A stretch of DNA of 64,000 bases from Octopus sinensis. Taxonomy: Eukaryota. The position numbers were made by a program, and so were the translations under genes. The DNA lies in contig NC_043011.1 of the NCBI RefSeq assembly GCF_006345805.1, positions 56,184,464 through 56,248,463 on the forward strand, given 5' to 3'. Below are positions 13,433 to 25,291 of the stretch, piece by piece (position 1 is the first letter of the stretch; each line of letters opens with the position of its first letter). A model generated the notes under the pieces. That model was not told the origin of the DNA and searched no databases. It saw only the letters and a program-made list of their open reading frames with translations.

Positions 13433-13665
13433 AGGCGGCGGGCTGGCAGAACCGTTAGCACGCCGGGCGAAATGCTTTATGGTATTTCGTCTGCCGCTAC
13501 GTTCTGAGTTCAAATTCCGCCAAGGTCTACTTTGACTTTCATCCTTTCGGGGTCGATTAAATAAGTACCAGTTACGCACTGGGGTCGATATAATCGACTT
13601 AATCCGTTCGTCTATCCTTGTTTGTCCCCTCTGTGTTTAGCCCCTTGTAGGTAGTAACGAAATAA
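13433..13665 (+). mobile_element. SINE family A, full length
   Basis: GGCGGCGGGCTGGCAGAACCGTTAGCACGCCGGGCGAAATGC head, GAGTTCAAATTC B-box and Deu/Nin-like core. Confidence 0.85.
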
Positions 13666-14184
13666 ATTTACAACCAAAATAAACTGAGCGCCAACAAATC
13701 CAAAGAAGGGCAAGGGTCTTCGACATGATCTCTCGAGCTGCTAGAAATAACTGCTGCGCCTTCTTCAAATCACACCTTTCATCTTAAAAGGCCAATCATT
13801 GGATCATGTAACAAAATGTTCACAAAATGGCGTAAGTTTGTTTGCTGTGAAGAAGAGACATCTGACGTTTCTGGTAAACCAGAGTAAATGATATTTATGT
13901 CACGAAGAGCCCTGACGAAACCCCAGGCCTATCCCTCTCCTTTAAAACAAATTATTTTATTCTATTTTCTCAAATTTTTTTACACACCATTTTGCCAACG
14001 TAAATTGTTACAGTATTCGATGTCATACAAGACGCGTGAACATATTAGGGGCTCCCTAATTTCAGTGGCGCACATTCAGAAAGAAAATATTCAGCGCAAT
14101 AAAGCATGAAATATAAACCCAACATCGCATATAGAACCTAGAATTAAGTTTTGGGGGACATTTTGAAGGAAAAAAGTGTGTCTT

Positions 14185-14503
14185 TGTTGTATTTAGGAAT
14201 GATCATTTTTCCTATTTAGCCAATAAAAAACATACGCACTATATATTTGGTGTTACTTTGCTTCAGCGTTATTTATTTTTTACATTAATCTTAATCAGGA
14301 GTGTGACGAAAGAACTCTGGCTGAAATAAGATTAAGATTAATGTAAAAAATGAATAACGCTGGAGCAAAGTAACACCAAATATATAGTGCGTGTGTCTTT
14401 ATTGGCTAAACTGGCAAAATGACCATTCCTAAATACAACAATATCTGTTTCAACACACGATTTCACATAAAAGAATCTTGCAAAACAAATATATAAACGT
14501 AAC
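14185..14503. mobile_element. Fold-back insertion with 12-bp TSD (Penelope-like terminal structure or MITE)
   Basis: Inverted arms 14185-14296 and 14330-14441 plus a one-sided extension to 14503. AAAGTGTGTCTT duplicated at 14173-14184 and 14504-14515. Confidence 0.75.
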
Positions 14504-16129
14504 AAAGTGTGTCTTGTATTCCATCAAATATGGTAATTAGTTAGATTTCTGGCATTCTACTATTTCAATTGGGTGCTGTAATTTTAGACATTGTGTCTGA
14601 TAAAAGAAGAAAAAAAGATGGTTGGAGTGGAATTTATTTCATTCTTGGTGATCCACTCGATCGGAAGTGACCAGGGTCATGTCAGTGACAACACTGCAGT
14701 ACATCTAATGACCGTTCCTTGCGAGCGATTATGGCACTTGGTACTATGTACCATTCTTTCGCTGATTGTTTCATGTGGTTGCGATCAGACACAGATTCCC
14801 TTTTGATTCCTTCACTCATGATCCAGTTGCATATCCAGAATGTCACCGCTGGATTGAGAGAGGGTAGCACCAGATTGTTTTGCAGTGAGAAAGAGAAGTG
14901 TAACGTTTCGGCCAGATATCCTTCATCAGAGAGAAAGAAAGGCGAGGGAAAAGATAGTTGGAGGGAAGTTAGGAGAGTAGCAGATAGGGGTAGATAAAGA
15001 GGGAGGGGGAGAAAGGCCTGTTATATTGTTGTAGTTTAGACCCATGTTAGTCTTGATCGGGCAGACCTATGATCAAAAGTATTCCAGCCGTGATCACCCC
15101 GTTTTTTTTTTCCTATGCGCAAAACACCCAGAACCACATTATCCATGATGTCTTTTTCTAATTCTGTGAGGCGTGATTTGAGACAGATTTGGTTGTTATT
15201 TTAAGTAAGTCAAGCGACAGCATAGAGCTCTTTTTATCAAACAACATGGGTCACCCCCGTCCTCTCTCTTTCTTTAACTTTACTCTTCACTGGAGATCAA
15301 GTTTCAAAAAAACACGGCAAACTTTGCATGGAAAATTGTAAAAAAATGTCCACTTCAAAGTGGAATTTTTTTTTAACTTTTGCCGTCCGGCAAATAGAGA
15401 CCGATACAAAAATAAGTACTGGGGGGGGGGGTCTATTTGTTTGATCCAGCATGACCGCAGTTCAATTACCGAAACAAGTAAAAGATAAAGGTCGTTTTTT
15501 TTTTTCTTTTCAGCCGTGACGCACTCAGATATTCTCTCGGGTTGGAACGTCTTTGATCATAGACTGGCAACACTGGACAAACCTGGGGTTAAACAATAAC
15601 AACGATAAAAAATACACTGGACAATAGAATCACTGATCCAGAAATCGGAGGGATGGGCATTTTTGAAAAGTCACGGTTCTGATCCACCAAGGTTGACCAG
15701 GGACTAAACAACATTATCAGAGTTATACCGGACACCAATCATATTTCACTTCAACTTGGAAAATTAAACGTGGTTTGAGGAATTTGCAGAGTCTCCGTTG
15801 CCAGTTGTGGATTATAAAATGGATGATCCTTCACTATTTTAAACATCATGTGGGCAATCTTCTCCAGAATATTTCCAGTTCAATGGAGCAAGGACATCGC
15901 CGCGGAGAAATCAAAAAAGTGTTGCCTTCGCGCGTTTTGCTTTGAAATTCTGAACTGTGTTTTGGAAATAAGTCACAGTTGATTATTATTTCGTTCGATT
16001 ATTATTGGTTCCAGCCAGAGGCTGTGGTCATGCTGGAGCACCGCCATAATCGAGTAAATTTTCTTCTTACTTCATCGTGTAGTTGTTCGCTTAAAACCTG
16101 TAGCCATTTGTGTAGGTTTGTGCGTACGT

Positions 16130-16141
16130 GCATGTGTATGC

Positions 16142-16173
<32 letters not shown>

Positions 16174-16174
16174 A

Positions 16175-16205
<31 letters not shown>

Positions 16206-16375
16206 CTGTGTGTGTGCGCGCGTGTGTGTGTGTATTCGTGTGTCTGTGTGTATGCGTGTGTGTGTGTGTACGAGTGTGTGTGTATTCGTGTGTCTGTGTG
16301 TATGCGTGTGTGTGTATTCGTGTGTGTGTGTGTGTGTATGTGTGTGTGTGTGTATGTGTGTGCGAGTGTGTGTGT
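16130..16375. repeat. Degenerate (TG)n microsatellite
   Basis: Direct observation. Confidence 0.9.
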
Positions 16376-17252
16376 AAATATATTCAATACTCCATGTGTT
16401 GCCATATCTATGTATGTGCGTGTGTATTCACTGTGAACATCCTTTGTATTTTTGGTATTTTTTAATGATCTGTTTTGTTTTTATTTAATTTTTAGTATTT
16501 GCTCTTATATATATGTATGTGGTGTGTGTGTGTGTATATATATGCTGTGAAAACAAATAATTCTATTACGAATCGGAATATTTACAGTAAATTTCAAAAA
16601 TTATAAATGAAATCGAAAGACAATAAAATTAACTCCAAAGAATAAAACACTTTTTGTTGTTTTTTTCTATTTCAATTTTAAAATTAAATTTCCAAATCAA
16701 CTTTTCTCGGCAAAAACAACAAAAAAATCTTGTTTTCCATTTTATCTCTTTTTTTTTCCTTTTTTTTTTCTTAAATTCTTTGAAGACTTCTGGTTCAAAC
16801 GTAATCGCAATCGTTTTGAGTTTGCAATAAACTAAAATATAAAATGAAAACAATTTTATTAGGAATAAACCGCCAGCCGCCTGCAGTGAACAATGAGTCG
16901 ACAAAATTGCGTCTATGTTGTTGTTGGATAGGATAAAAATAACAGCCAACCCTCCCTTCGGCTGCACCTTACCATCTCAAAAAGAGATGAGCAGATTGGA
17001 TAATATTAAAAAGAAAATGAAAAAATAAAAAACGAGACACCCATTCGCAAAGGTCAGTTTACTGCTAACCCAAAACACCAAGCAGTTTAAATAAAATAAT
17101 GAAATCGATGTAACTAGACATTTCTTAGGCCGTTTCTTTCTGAGGAAAGGAGGGGCCTTTGCGCCGGAAATATAAAGGATTTTGTAAAACTTTCTGCATT
17201 GTTAGAAGCTTTCTCTATTTTCTTTTTTTTTTGTTCTTTCAAGCAAATTCTT

Positions 17253-17645
17253 GTACATACATACATGATGGCTGCCCCCTCGTTATTGAGTATGGCCATT
17301 GCACGAAGCTTAACTGTTACTGGTGCTGTGATCGAATGTGACTTTTTAGCCCAGCTAAAGATCAACAATGTCTTGTACAGAATCGGCAACTAAAACCTTT
17401 ACCGGCAATAGCCGGCTGTAGTTGTAACTGGGCTTCATGTACCTTTGCATGTCGTTTAAGTCCTCCTGCCGAATTACACTCTCTTCCACATGCCTGGCAG
17501 ATATGATTAGTATGGTGTGTAACACCACCACCAGTGGCCAGGTTGTCACTCATCTGTCTCGCTTTATGACTACGAAGATGGCTCTTGAGTCCAGCTTTAA
17601 TGAGGCAGGGTCTTGCACAGACACTGCATGTCAGCATCATAGGAA
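17253..17645 (-). mobile_element. 3' end of an RTE-like LINE encoding tandem C2H2 zinc fingers
   Basis: CSVCARPCLIKAGLKSHLRSH, CQACGRECNSAGGLKRHAKVH and CRFCTRHC*SLAGLKSH, followed by a short 3' UTR and (TATG) tail. Confidence 0.7.
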
Positions 17646-17670
17646 GATACATACATACATGCATACATGC

Positions 17671-17701
<31 letters not shown>

Positions 17702-17735
17702 TGTATGTATGTATGTATGTATGTATGTATGTATG

Positions 17736-18266
17736 TTACTGGTAACATGTAACCCAGTACAACCTGTTGCATGGTCAGGTCGTCGGCGACTAAACCGGCA
17801 ACCCCACCAAGCTTGCTTGGTGAGGAGGGTGTTTATTGGACGCCCTGCGGGATGAAAAACAAAACCTGACAAAGGGCGGAGGAACTCTTGAGAGTCAACG
17901 ACCATCCAATAAATGTCTTAAGGCTGTATCATGCGCGGGGACATAGAAATAATCGGGCTGAATACCTGATCACGCGGTTAAACCATTGGGAGTGAAGGAC
18001 TCCTAGCCTTTGTTAGGGCATCCTTCTAGGAGAAGGTAACTCAGGTAACTGGGATAACTCCGACATAAAATCCGCGGCTTACCGATGATGTTGACTTGTT
18101 CTTCTTTTCGGATTATGGCTGCTGTTGCTTAGTGAGTGGGATTGACTCAGTGCACAGCCTTTCCTCACTTTAAAAATAATCTTCTTGCACAGGCATTGCA
18201 CGATAACAACATTGATTAAGCTTCGTGCAATGGCCATACTCGATAACGAGGGGGGCAGCCACCATG
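17736..18266 (+). mobile_element. Bipartite non-autonomous RTE derivative (5'UTR-like head plus LINE 3' end)
   Basis: Contains the RTE 5'UTR-like motif GGGCATCCTTCTAGGAGAAGGTAACTC. The last ~50 nt (AAGCTTCGTGCAATGGCCATACTC..GGGGGCAGCCA) match the 3' end of the ZnF LINE at 17262-17313. Confidence 0.65.
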
Positions 18267-18477
18267 TATAAATATGTGTTTGTATGCATTAATATTTGTT
18301 TTTATGTAAAGTCCCCATGTGAAAGCAATTTAAGATTAAATCGGAACCTTACATTCTAACGAACCCGCCAAATTGCTGTCTTGAACGTTTTGTTAGTGAT
18401 AGACGGGAGAGGGGTCGGAGCGGGGGTGTGGCTCATGATATCAAATTCAGTAAACCTACATCTATGTCTGTCACATC

Positions 18478-18826
18478 AGTCGTAGGATCACGGTTTCGAT
18501 TCCCAGACCGGGCGTTGTGAGTGTTTATAGAGCGAAAACACCTAAAAAAAACTCCACGAGGCTCCGGCAGGGATGGTGGTGATCCCTGCTGTACTCTTTC
18601 ACACAACTTTCTCTCACTCTTACTTCCTGTTTCTGTTGTACCTGTATTTCAAAGGGCCGGCCTTGTCACTCTCTGTGTCATGCTGAATATCCCCGAGAAT
18701 TACGTTAAGGGTACACGTGTCTGTGGAGTGCTCAGCCACTTACGCGTTAATTTCACGAGCAGGCTGTTCCGTTGATCGGATCAACCGGAACCCTCGTCGT
18801 CGTCGTAACCGACGGAGTGCTTCCAC
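18478..18826 (+). mobile_element. SINE family C, alternative-tail subtype
   Basis: Shares the family C head and body. Tail matches 26941-27324. Confidence 0.8.
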
Positions 18827-19199
18827 ATGTCTGTCACATATATTATTGAACCACTCAGTGTTCTGGGGCCTCATCAGATGATTGCTTAACGTGTGTTTTT
18901 AAGCTTCGTTTTATATGTTAGACCCTAAAATGTGCTCATTAACTCTTCCTGTGCAGGTTTTGGCCGGATTAACAAAATCTGTATTCAGAGTTATTATAAG
19001 AAAGTGAGGTTTATAATCCTTGAAGTTGACGAAAGGCGTGGGTGGCAGCAAATATTCAACTCTGTCTTCCGTTTGAAGATCGGTGGCTGTGCCTTTAATC
19101 TCTAAATTTATGGAACTGAATACATCGGTGCCTGATGTCTTGGAGTCGTCGTTGGTGATAATATTGGAAAGAAGCTTATTGGAAAGAAAACGCACGCGC

Positions 19200-19340
19200 G
19201 CGCGTGTGTGTATGTATGTGCATGTATGTGTGTGTGTGTGTGTGCATATGCATGCTTTTGTGTGCATCTGTGTGTAAACATCTATCAATATAGATATATA
19301 TATATATGCGTGTATATATATATATTATATATATATATGC

Positions 19341-19380
<40 letters not shown>

Positions 19381-19475
19381 TATATATATATTATATATAT
19401 ATGTATATATATATATGTATGTATGTATGTATACATATGTATATATGTATATATGTAGGTGTATATATGTATACG

Positions 19476-19509
<34 letters not shown>

Positions 19510-19612
19510 TATAAATATAGATATAGATAAATATACGTACACATACACACACATAAATACATGCATGTACATGTGTATGTATATGTGTGTGTATGTATGT
19601 ATATATATATAT
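19200..19612. repeat. (TA)n/(TG)n compound microsatellite
   Basis: Direct observation. Confidence 0.95.
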
Positions 19613-20049
19613 AGGGCAGCAAAAGATGTCGTATCGCAACTGTGCATGCTTTGTTCGGTTTCCCTTAAACTGATTAGCGCTGGTAAAATATCCCAAGAGA
19701 CCTGGATTTCCTTTTTAACCTACACAATAATAGCAGTCGGTGAATGGTGGAAGCTTTGTGCCAATCACACTGGATGACAAACAACAACAACAATAGCAAC
19801 AACAATGACAATATGGCGAGCATTTGCGAAGTAGAAAAAACCAAATTTATTATATTCACAATTAAAAAGGAACAAATGAGAAGTTTGGATATTCTTTGAA
19901 TATTGTTTTGTCAAAATGCTAAAACGCAACTCGTAATATGTCACAATCTTGCCTTCAACTTCGAAATTTGACAAGGTTTTCTTCCTCCACCTCTCTCGAC
20001 CCCCTCTTCCCTCTCTCTTTCATAGAAATTGCTTGTATTTTTCTCTTCT

Positions 20050-20490
<441 letters not shown>

Positions 20491-21245
20491 CTTTCTCTCT
20501 CTCTCTCTCTCCCTCTCTCCCTCTCAAGCTAACTAAAATGGATTACCTACACATTCAAGAGAAACCCATGAATAAATTATGAACGATTTAATATTCCTTT
20601 CGACTTCTCATTTTTTGGTTTCCTTTTTATCTTTTCTTCTCCTTCCAATTTCCCTCTACTTCTAAAGTTCTCTTCTTCGTGTTGCATTGTACACATCATT
20701 TTTGTCTCAAATTGCCAAAGTCAGCCAATATTACCTGAAGACGGAACACATGTTCGGCTGCTCCCGGCGGATTCCAAGCAATCTATATTAAGTCATTAGA
20801 TCTACACTCTGGAGACAATGTGAAACTTAACTCTGCTCTTATTATTTTAGTCTTTTCTTTTCCACGGGATGAAAACGTAAATGGATTTGGACAATAATTA
20901 GAAATATTAACAACCTTTAACCATTTCTTAGATCAGAATAATCAAGCGGAATCCCCGTAAGTGAAGAAAATTATGGCAATTCTAATCGGGGCTAAATCTG
21001 AATGCGTACGACAGCTTTCAACTCGAGAATACCGAAGAGACAAAGTTAACGTTGAGATAAGGTTATAAATGTATTTGTGATCTGTGCGTCTTGATTAGAA
21101 CATAGTGAACCATCTCTCAATCTATTTAGACTGAATACGGTGACACAAGATTATCAATAAATTCAAATTTTAGATCCATGTAATTTATCATAGATGTATG
21201 ACCTTTGATACTGCGGTATTTTGCAGATGCTATTTCATTGCTGTA

Positions 21246-21689
21246 AGGCGGCGAGCTGGCAGAATCGTTAGCACGCCAGGCGAAATGCTTTGCGGTGTTT
21301 CGACTGCCGTTACGTTCTGAGTTCAAATTCCGCCGAGGTCAACTTTGTCTTTCATCCTTTCGGGGTCGATAAATTAAGTACCAGTTATGCACTGGGGTCG
21401 ATGTAATCGACTTAATCCGTTTGTCTGTCCTTGTTTGTCCCCTCTGTGTTTAGCCCCTTGTGGGCAATAAAGAAATAAGAAACGTTAGCACGCCGGGCGA
21501 AATGTTTAGCAGTATTTCGTCTGTCTTTACGTTCTGAGTTCAAATTCCGCCGAGGTCGACTTTGCCTTTCATCCTTTCGATAAATTAAGTACCAGTTGCG
21601 CACTGGGGTCGATGTTATCGACTTAACCCCTTTGTCTGTCCTTGTTTGTCCCCTCTGCATTTAGCCCCTTGTGGGTAGTAAAGAAATAG
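21246..21689 (+). mobile_element. SINE family A head-to-tail dimer
   Basis: Full copy followed by a 5'-truncated copy. TATTTCATTGC duplicated at 21231 and 21691. Confidence 0.85.
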
Positions 21690-21949
21690 TTATTTCATTG
21701 CAGTTGTATAGCCCTGGGCTGGCTCTGATTGAGCAGTCGTTATTTGCCACACAGGTCATCGACCGAGCGATGATGCGTTGAGCCACAGATCCTATGACAC
21801 TGGGGACATGTTTCATTCTTGCTACCGTTCAGTGTATTTGTATTCGCCTGTAGATTCTAGTGATAGCTATATCTGAGAGCTGGGCGAGGTGGACTTGGCC
21901 AGAAAGAGAGACAATCGTATTTCTCTGCACTTCTTGTTGGTACTGTTTG

Positions 21950-22314
21950 TTTGTTGAGCGAAGCGGTCTTCGTCCCTAGTGGTAGAAGTCCGAAACGTGG
22001 TCCTTTGCTATTCGTAAGACCCGCAGAAGAGAAAGCAGGTCAACCCCCGACACCGAGAGCATCGACGGATGGATGAATGCACATCCAGGCTCAGCGGTTG
22101 TGTAGGAAGTCGGGGACAAGAAACAGGAAGAAAGAGTGAGAGAAAGTTGGAGCGAAAGAGTACAACAGGGGTCGCCACCACCCCCTGCCGGAGCCTCGTG
22201 GAGCTTTAGGTGTTTTCTCTCAATAAACACACACAACGCCCGGTCTGGGAATCGAAACCGCGATCCTCCGACCGCGAGTCCGCTGCCCTAACCACTGGGC
22301 CATTGCGCCTCCAC
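21950..22314 (-). mobile_element. SINE family C, full length
   Basis: Reverse complement of 61641-61997. Confidence 0.85.
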
Positions 22315-22486
22315 TGTTGGTGCTGTGCAACTCGGCATTGTGTTTGGGGCCAGTGAAGCTGTTGATGCTGCAGAGATTTCAGTGTTTCTTTCTTTACTTT
22401 CCATTTTTCTTTTTTCTATTTTTGGATGAAGAAGGAGAGGAAGGGCTTTCAGAATGTTCTTAAAAAAGTGTTCTCGAGTGTCGCAT

Positions 22487-23069
22487 ATACACAGACATGC
22501 AGGAAGTAAACAGACACCTTTAATTTTCAAAATCTTTTATTTGATATTAATTGGTTGAAGAAGAGGTTTTCTTCTAGCTGCTCGTCCATAATACCCAAGC
22601 TTATGCAGATATGTAACACACGTTCTTGGACTAACTTCTAGCTGCTTTACAATGTCAGAAGCCTTCGAACGAGGTTCGTTTTCCACAATTCTTTTCAAAC
22701 AGCGAAGCTTCCTTTTCGAGGGCCCAGGTCGGCCGGAACGAGAATCTGTTGATTCTTTTACTTAGCTTTTGAATTACACTATCATTCTATTAACAGTAGT
22801 AAGAGGAATTTGAAGATTTTCGGCAATTTTTCTCTGGCTAAGACCAGCCTCAGATTGCCCAACAATACGACCTCTTTGAAAATCTGACAGTTCTTCTGAA
22901 TTTTTCGTGCGTGGCATGGTAACACTTCGCAAATGTTTAATATAATGGCACCTGGAATGAAAAAGAATAATTACATTGTTAATTCTACACTGCTGAAACA
23001 TATTAAGAGGCTTAGATCAGACATTTTGAAAATTAAAGGTGTATATTTACTTCCTGCATGTCTGTGTAT
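22487..23069 (-). mobile_element. Tc1-family transposon remnant (N-terminal HTH region, with stops)
   Basis: [49 protein letters not shown] at ~22540-22917. ~47-bp inverted repeats at 22487-22533 and 23023-23069. Confidence 0.85.
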
Positions 23070-23269
23070 GTGTGTTTTGTGCCGTAGAGTAGCTGGGGGA
23101 AGAGGACGAGCCGGCAGTCCACACCGGGCGAGAAGCGGTCTATCCTGACCGACGTTTTTATAGGGACGGCACTTTTAGGTTTGCTGTATAAGTCTGTATA
23201 AGGGAGGGGTCAAGGGCTACAGAAAACTGAAGGGCTACCCTGACCGGTATACGTTGTAGCTACGCCACT

Positions 23270-24170
23270 GGTTTGGTGATGCCTTTTAATGTAATGCGAA
23301 GGAGTGTGGAGGCTAAAGCTTGCAGCGGCCAAAAACTGTGCTCTTTGTATGCCTTGTTAGTCCTTCGTATCAATATTTTCGTTTCATTGCATGATCTGTG
23401 GATGTGGTCAATGCACAGCCTATTATGATGCGTAGTGTGCTGGGTGGGATCCCTTATTGTTTTTTGAGGAAATATCAGGGACCCAGGTTGTCAATAATGG
23501 ATCCAATGTATTTGTCTGTACACCGTTGTTGTTACTTCTTTCACTGGCACCAAATCTGTTGAATATTTTATGTTGAGTATTTTTCTATGAGTGGATGGCA
23601 ATGAATGGAATTGAAAGCTTTATCGATGCCAATGATCGAAGAGTATACGTGGCAGGGTTTTTCGTTGAAACCACCAAGTACTTTCTGCTTGGGACTAGTG
23701 TGGTGGTTGACTGTGGAGGCCTGAAATTGCGTTCTGATCAGGAGAAGCTGTGTGAGAAATGCCAATGATTAGCCATTCTACAATTTCTTTTTAGGATGTG
23801 TGTAAGAGAGTGATTAATGTGTATGATAGTACTTCGCTTGGATTTTTCTTGGGTTTTAGGATTGTTCTGGTTTTGCCCAACTTCCAGATTCTGTGAATTT
23901 GTGCTAAAGGTTTTTTGTTATGAACGAGTGATTGAGTATTTGGCCTGTCCTTCAACAAGACAGGCCTGACTCCATCGTAGGATACTCTCGAGATGTATAT
24001 TTAAGGAGTCGATGCAGATTTGGGGTGAGGTGCCAACATTGCATGAAGAATGAAGAGTTGTATTATTTGCGCAGCAGGTGAGAGTACGCGGGTTGTTGGG
24101 AAGAGTGTGAGGAGCAAAACCGATCCCCGCAGCCCACTTGGTCCAAATGCTTACAACAGAATTGTCTTTG
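23270..24170 (-). mobile_element. Highly degraded non-LTR retrotransposon RT fragments
   Basis: Remnant DKAFNSIH and KYIGS-like motifs on the minus strand. Confidence 0.5.
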
Positions 24171-25207
24171 CTAGAAAAGAAAAAGCCAACGAGCAAATGG
24201 CGGTGGGGAGGTGTGAAGCTGTTCGATGGATTAACTCTGGCACCCATGTGGGCCACTGCAGGATTTGAACTCAGGACGCAAAGAGCCGAAAAATGTACCG
24301 CATGGCTTCCCACCCAACACTCAAATGATTCCGCCAGTCCACGACGGCCGAATAATAAAGTCTAGTGCTTTATTATTTAACAACCCCAGGACTGTGAGCT
24401 GGCAGAATCGAAGTTGGCAGAATCGTTAGCGCGTCGGACAAAAATGCTTAGCGGCATTTCTTCTGGCTCTTTACGTTCGGAGTTCAAATTCCGTCGAAGT
24501 CGACTTTGCTTTTCATCCTTTCGGAGTCAATAAAATGAGAAGCACTTAAGCACTGAGCTCGATATAATCGATTTATCTCCCCCCCCCCCTAAAATGACTG
24601 ACTTTGTGCTTAAAATTTGAAATAATTATGTAATGACCTCAAGGCAGCGAACCGGCAATAAATATCGCAACGTATTTCAGACGATGTTCGAATAACTTTA
24701 CCAGTTCACCGCTTATAATTGTTTGACAAAGAATCAAAATTTACAGGTTTTTTTTTTAGAGTTTTTTTAGAGTTATATTCAGTTTTAATTGGCTTTCATA
24801 GCTTCTGTGCAAGTCGTCGCCGTACATAAGCATAGATTCATACAATAGGAAACGTGTGAAGCGGGTCACTTCTAATGCAGAATCTTTTGTGCAACTCACC
24901 ATTGAATGAATTTATCGAAGTCATGGAGAGCAGTTTAATGATGAAATAAATTGGAACTGGCTGAGTGTGTATGAGCGTGTGTGTGTGTGTGTATCTACAT
25001 ACGCACATATTTCAATATATATATGTGTGTGTGTGTGTGCAGACATATATATGCACGTGTGTGTATTTGTATGCAACACACACACACATGTACAAATATG
25101 TGTGTGTGTGTGTATACCAGAGTAAGTGCATAAATGCGAAACAAAGTGGAAAAAATAGTACGCGAATACCAGAAGTAGAGTAACATATATGTGTGTGTGT
25201 TTGTGTG

Positions 25208-25239
<32 letters not shown>

Positions 25240-25242
25240 GTG

Positions 25243-25288
<46 letters not shown>

Positions 25289-25291
<3 letters not shown>

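Noticed and set aside
17362-17772. Host C2H2 zinc-finger gene
   Set aside because: Lacks TGEKP linkers, has an in-frame stop, and ends in a LINE-type tail shared with a neighbouring repeat.
20735-20760. CTGAAGA plus a small hairpin (similar case at 18850-18880 on the minus strand)
   Set aside because: Lacks the GAAA..NUH half of the hammerhead core.
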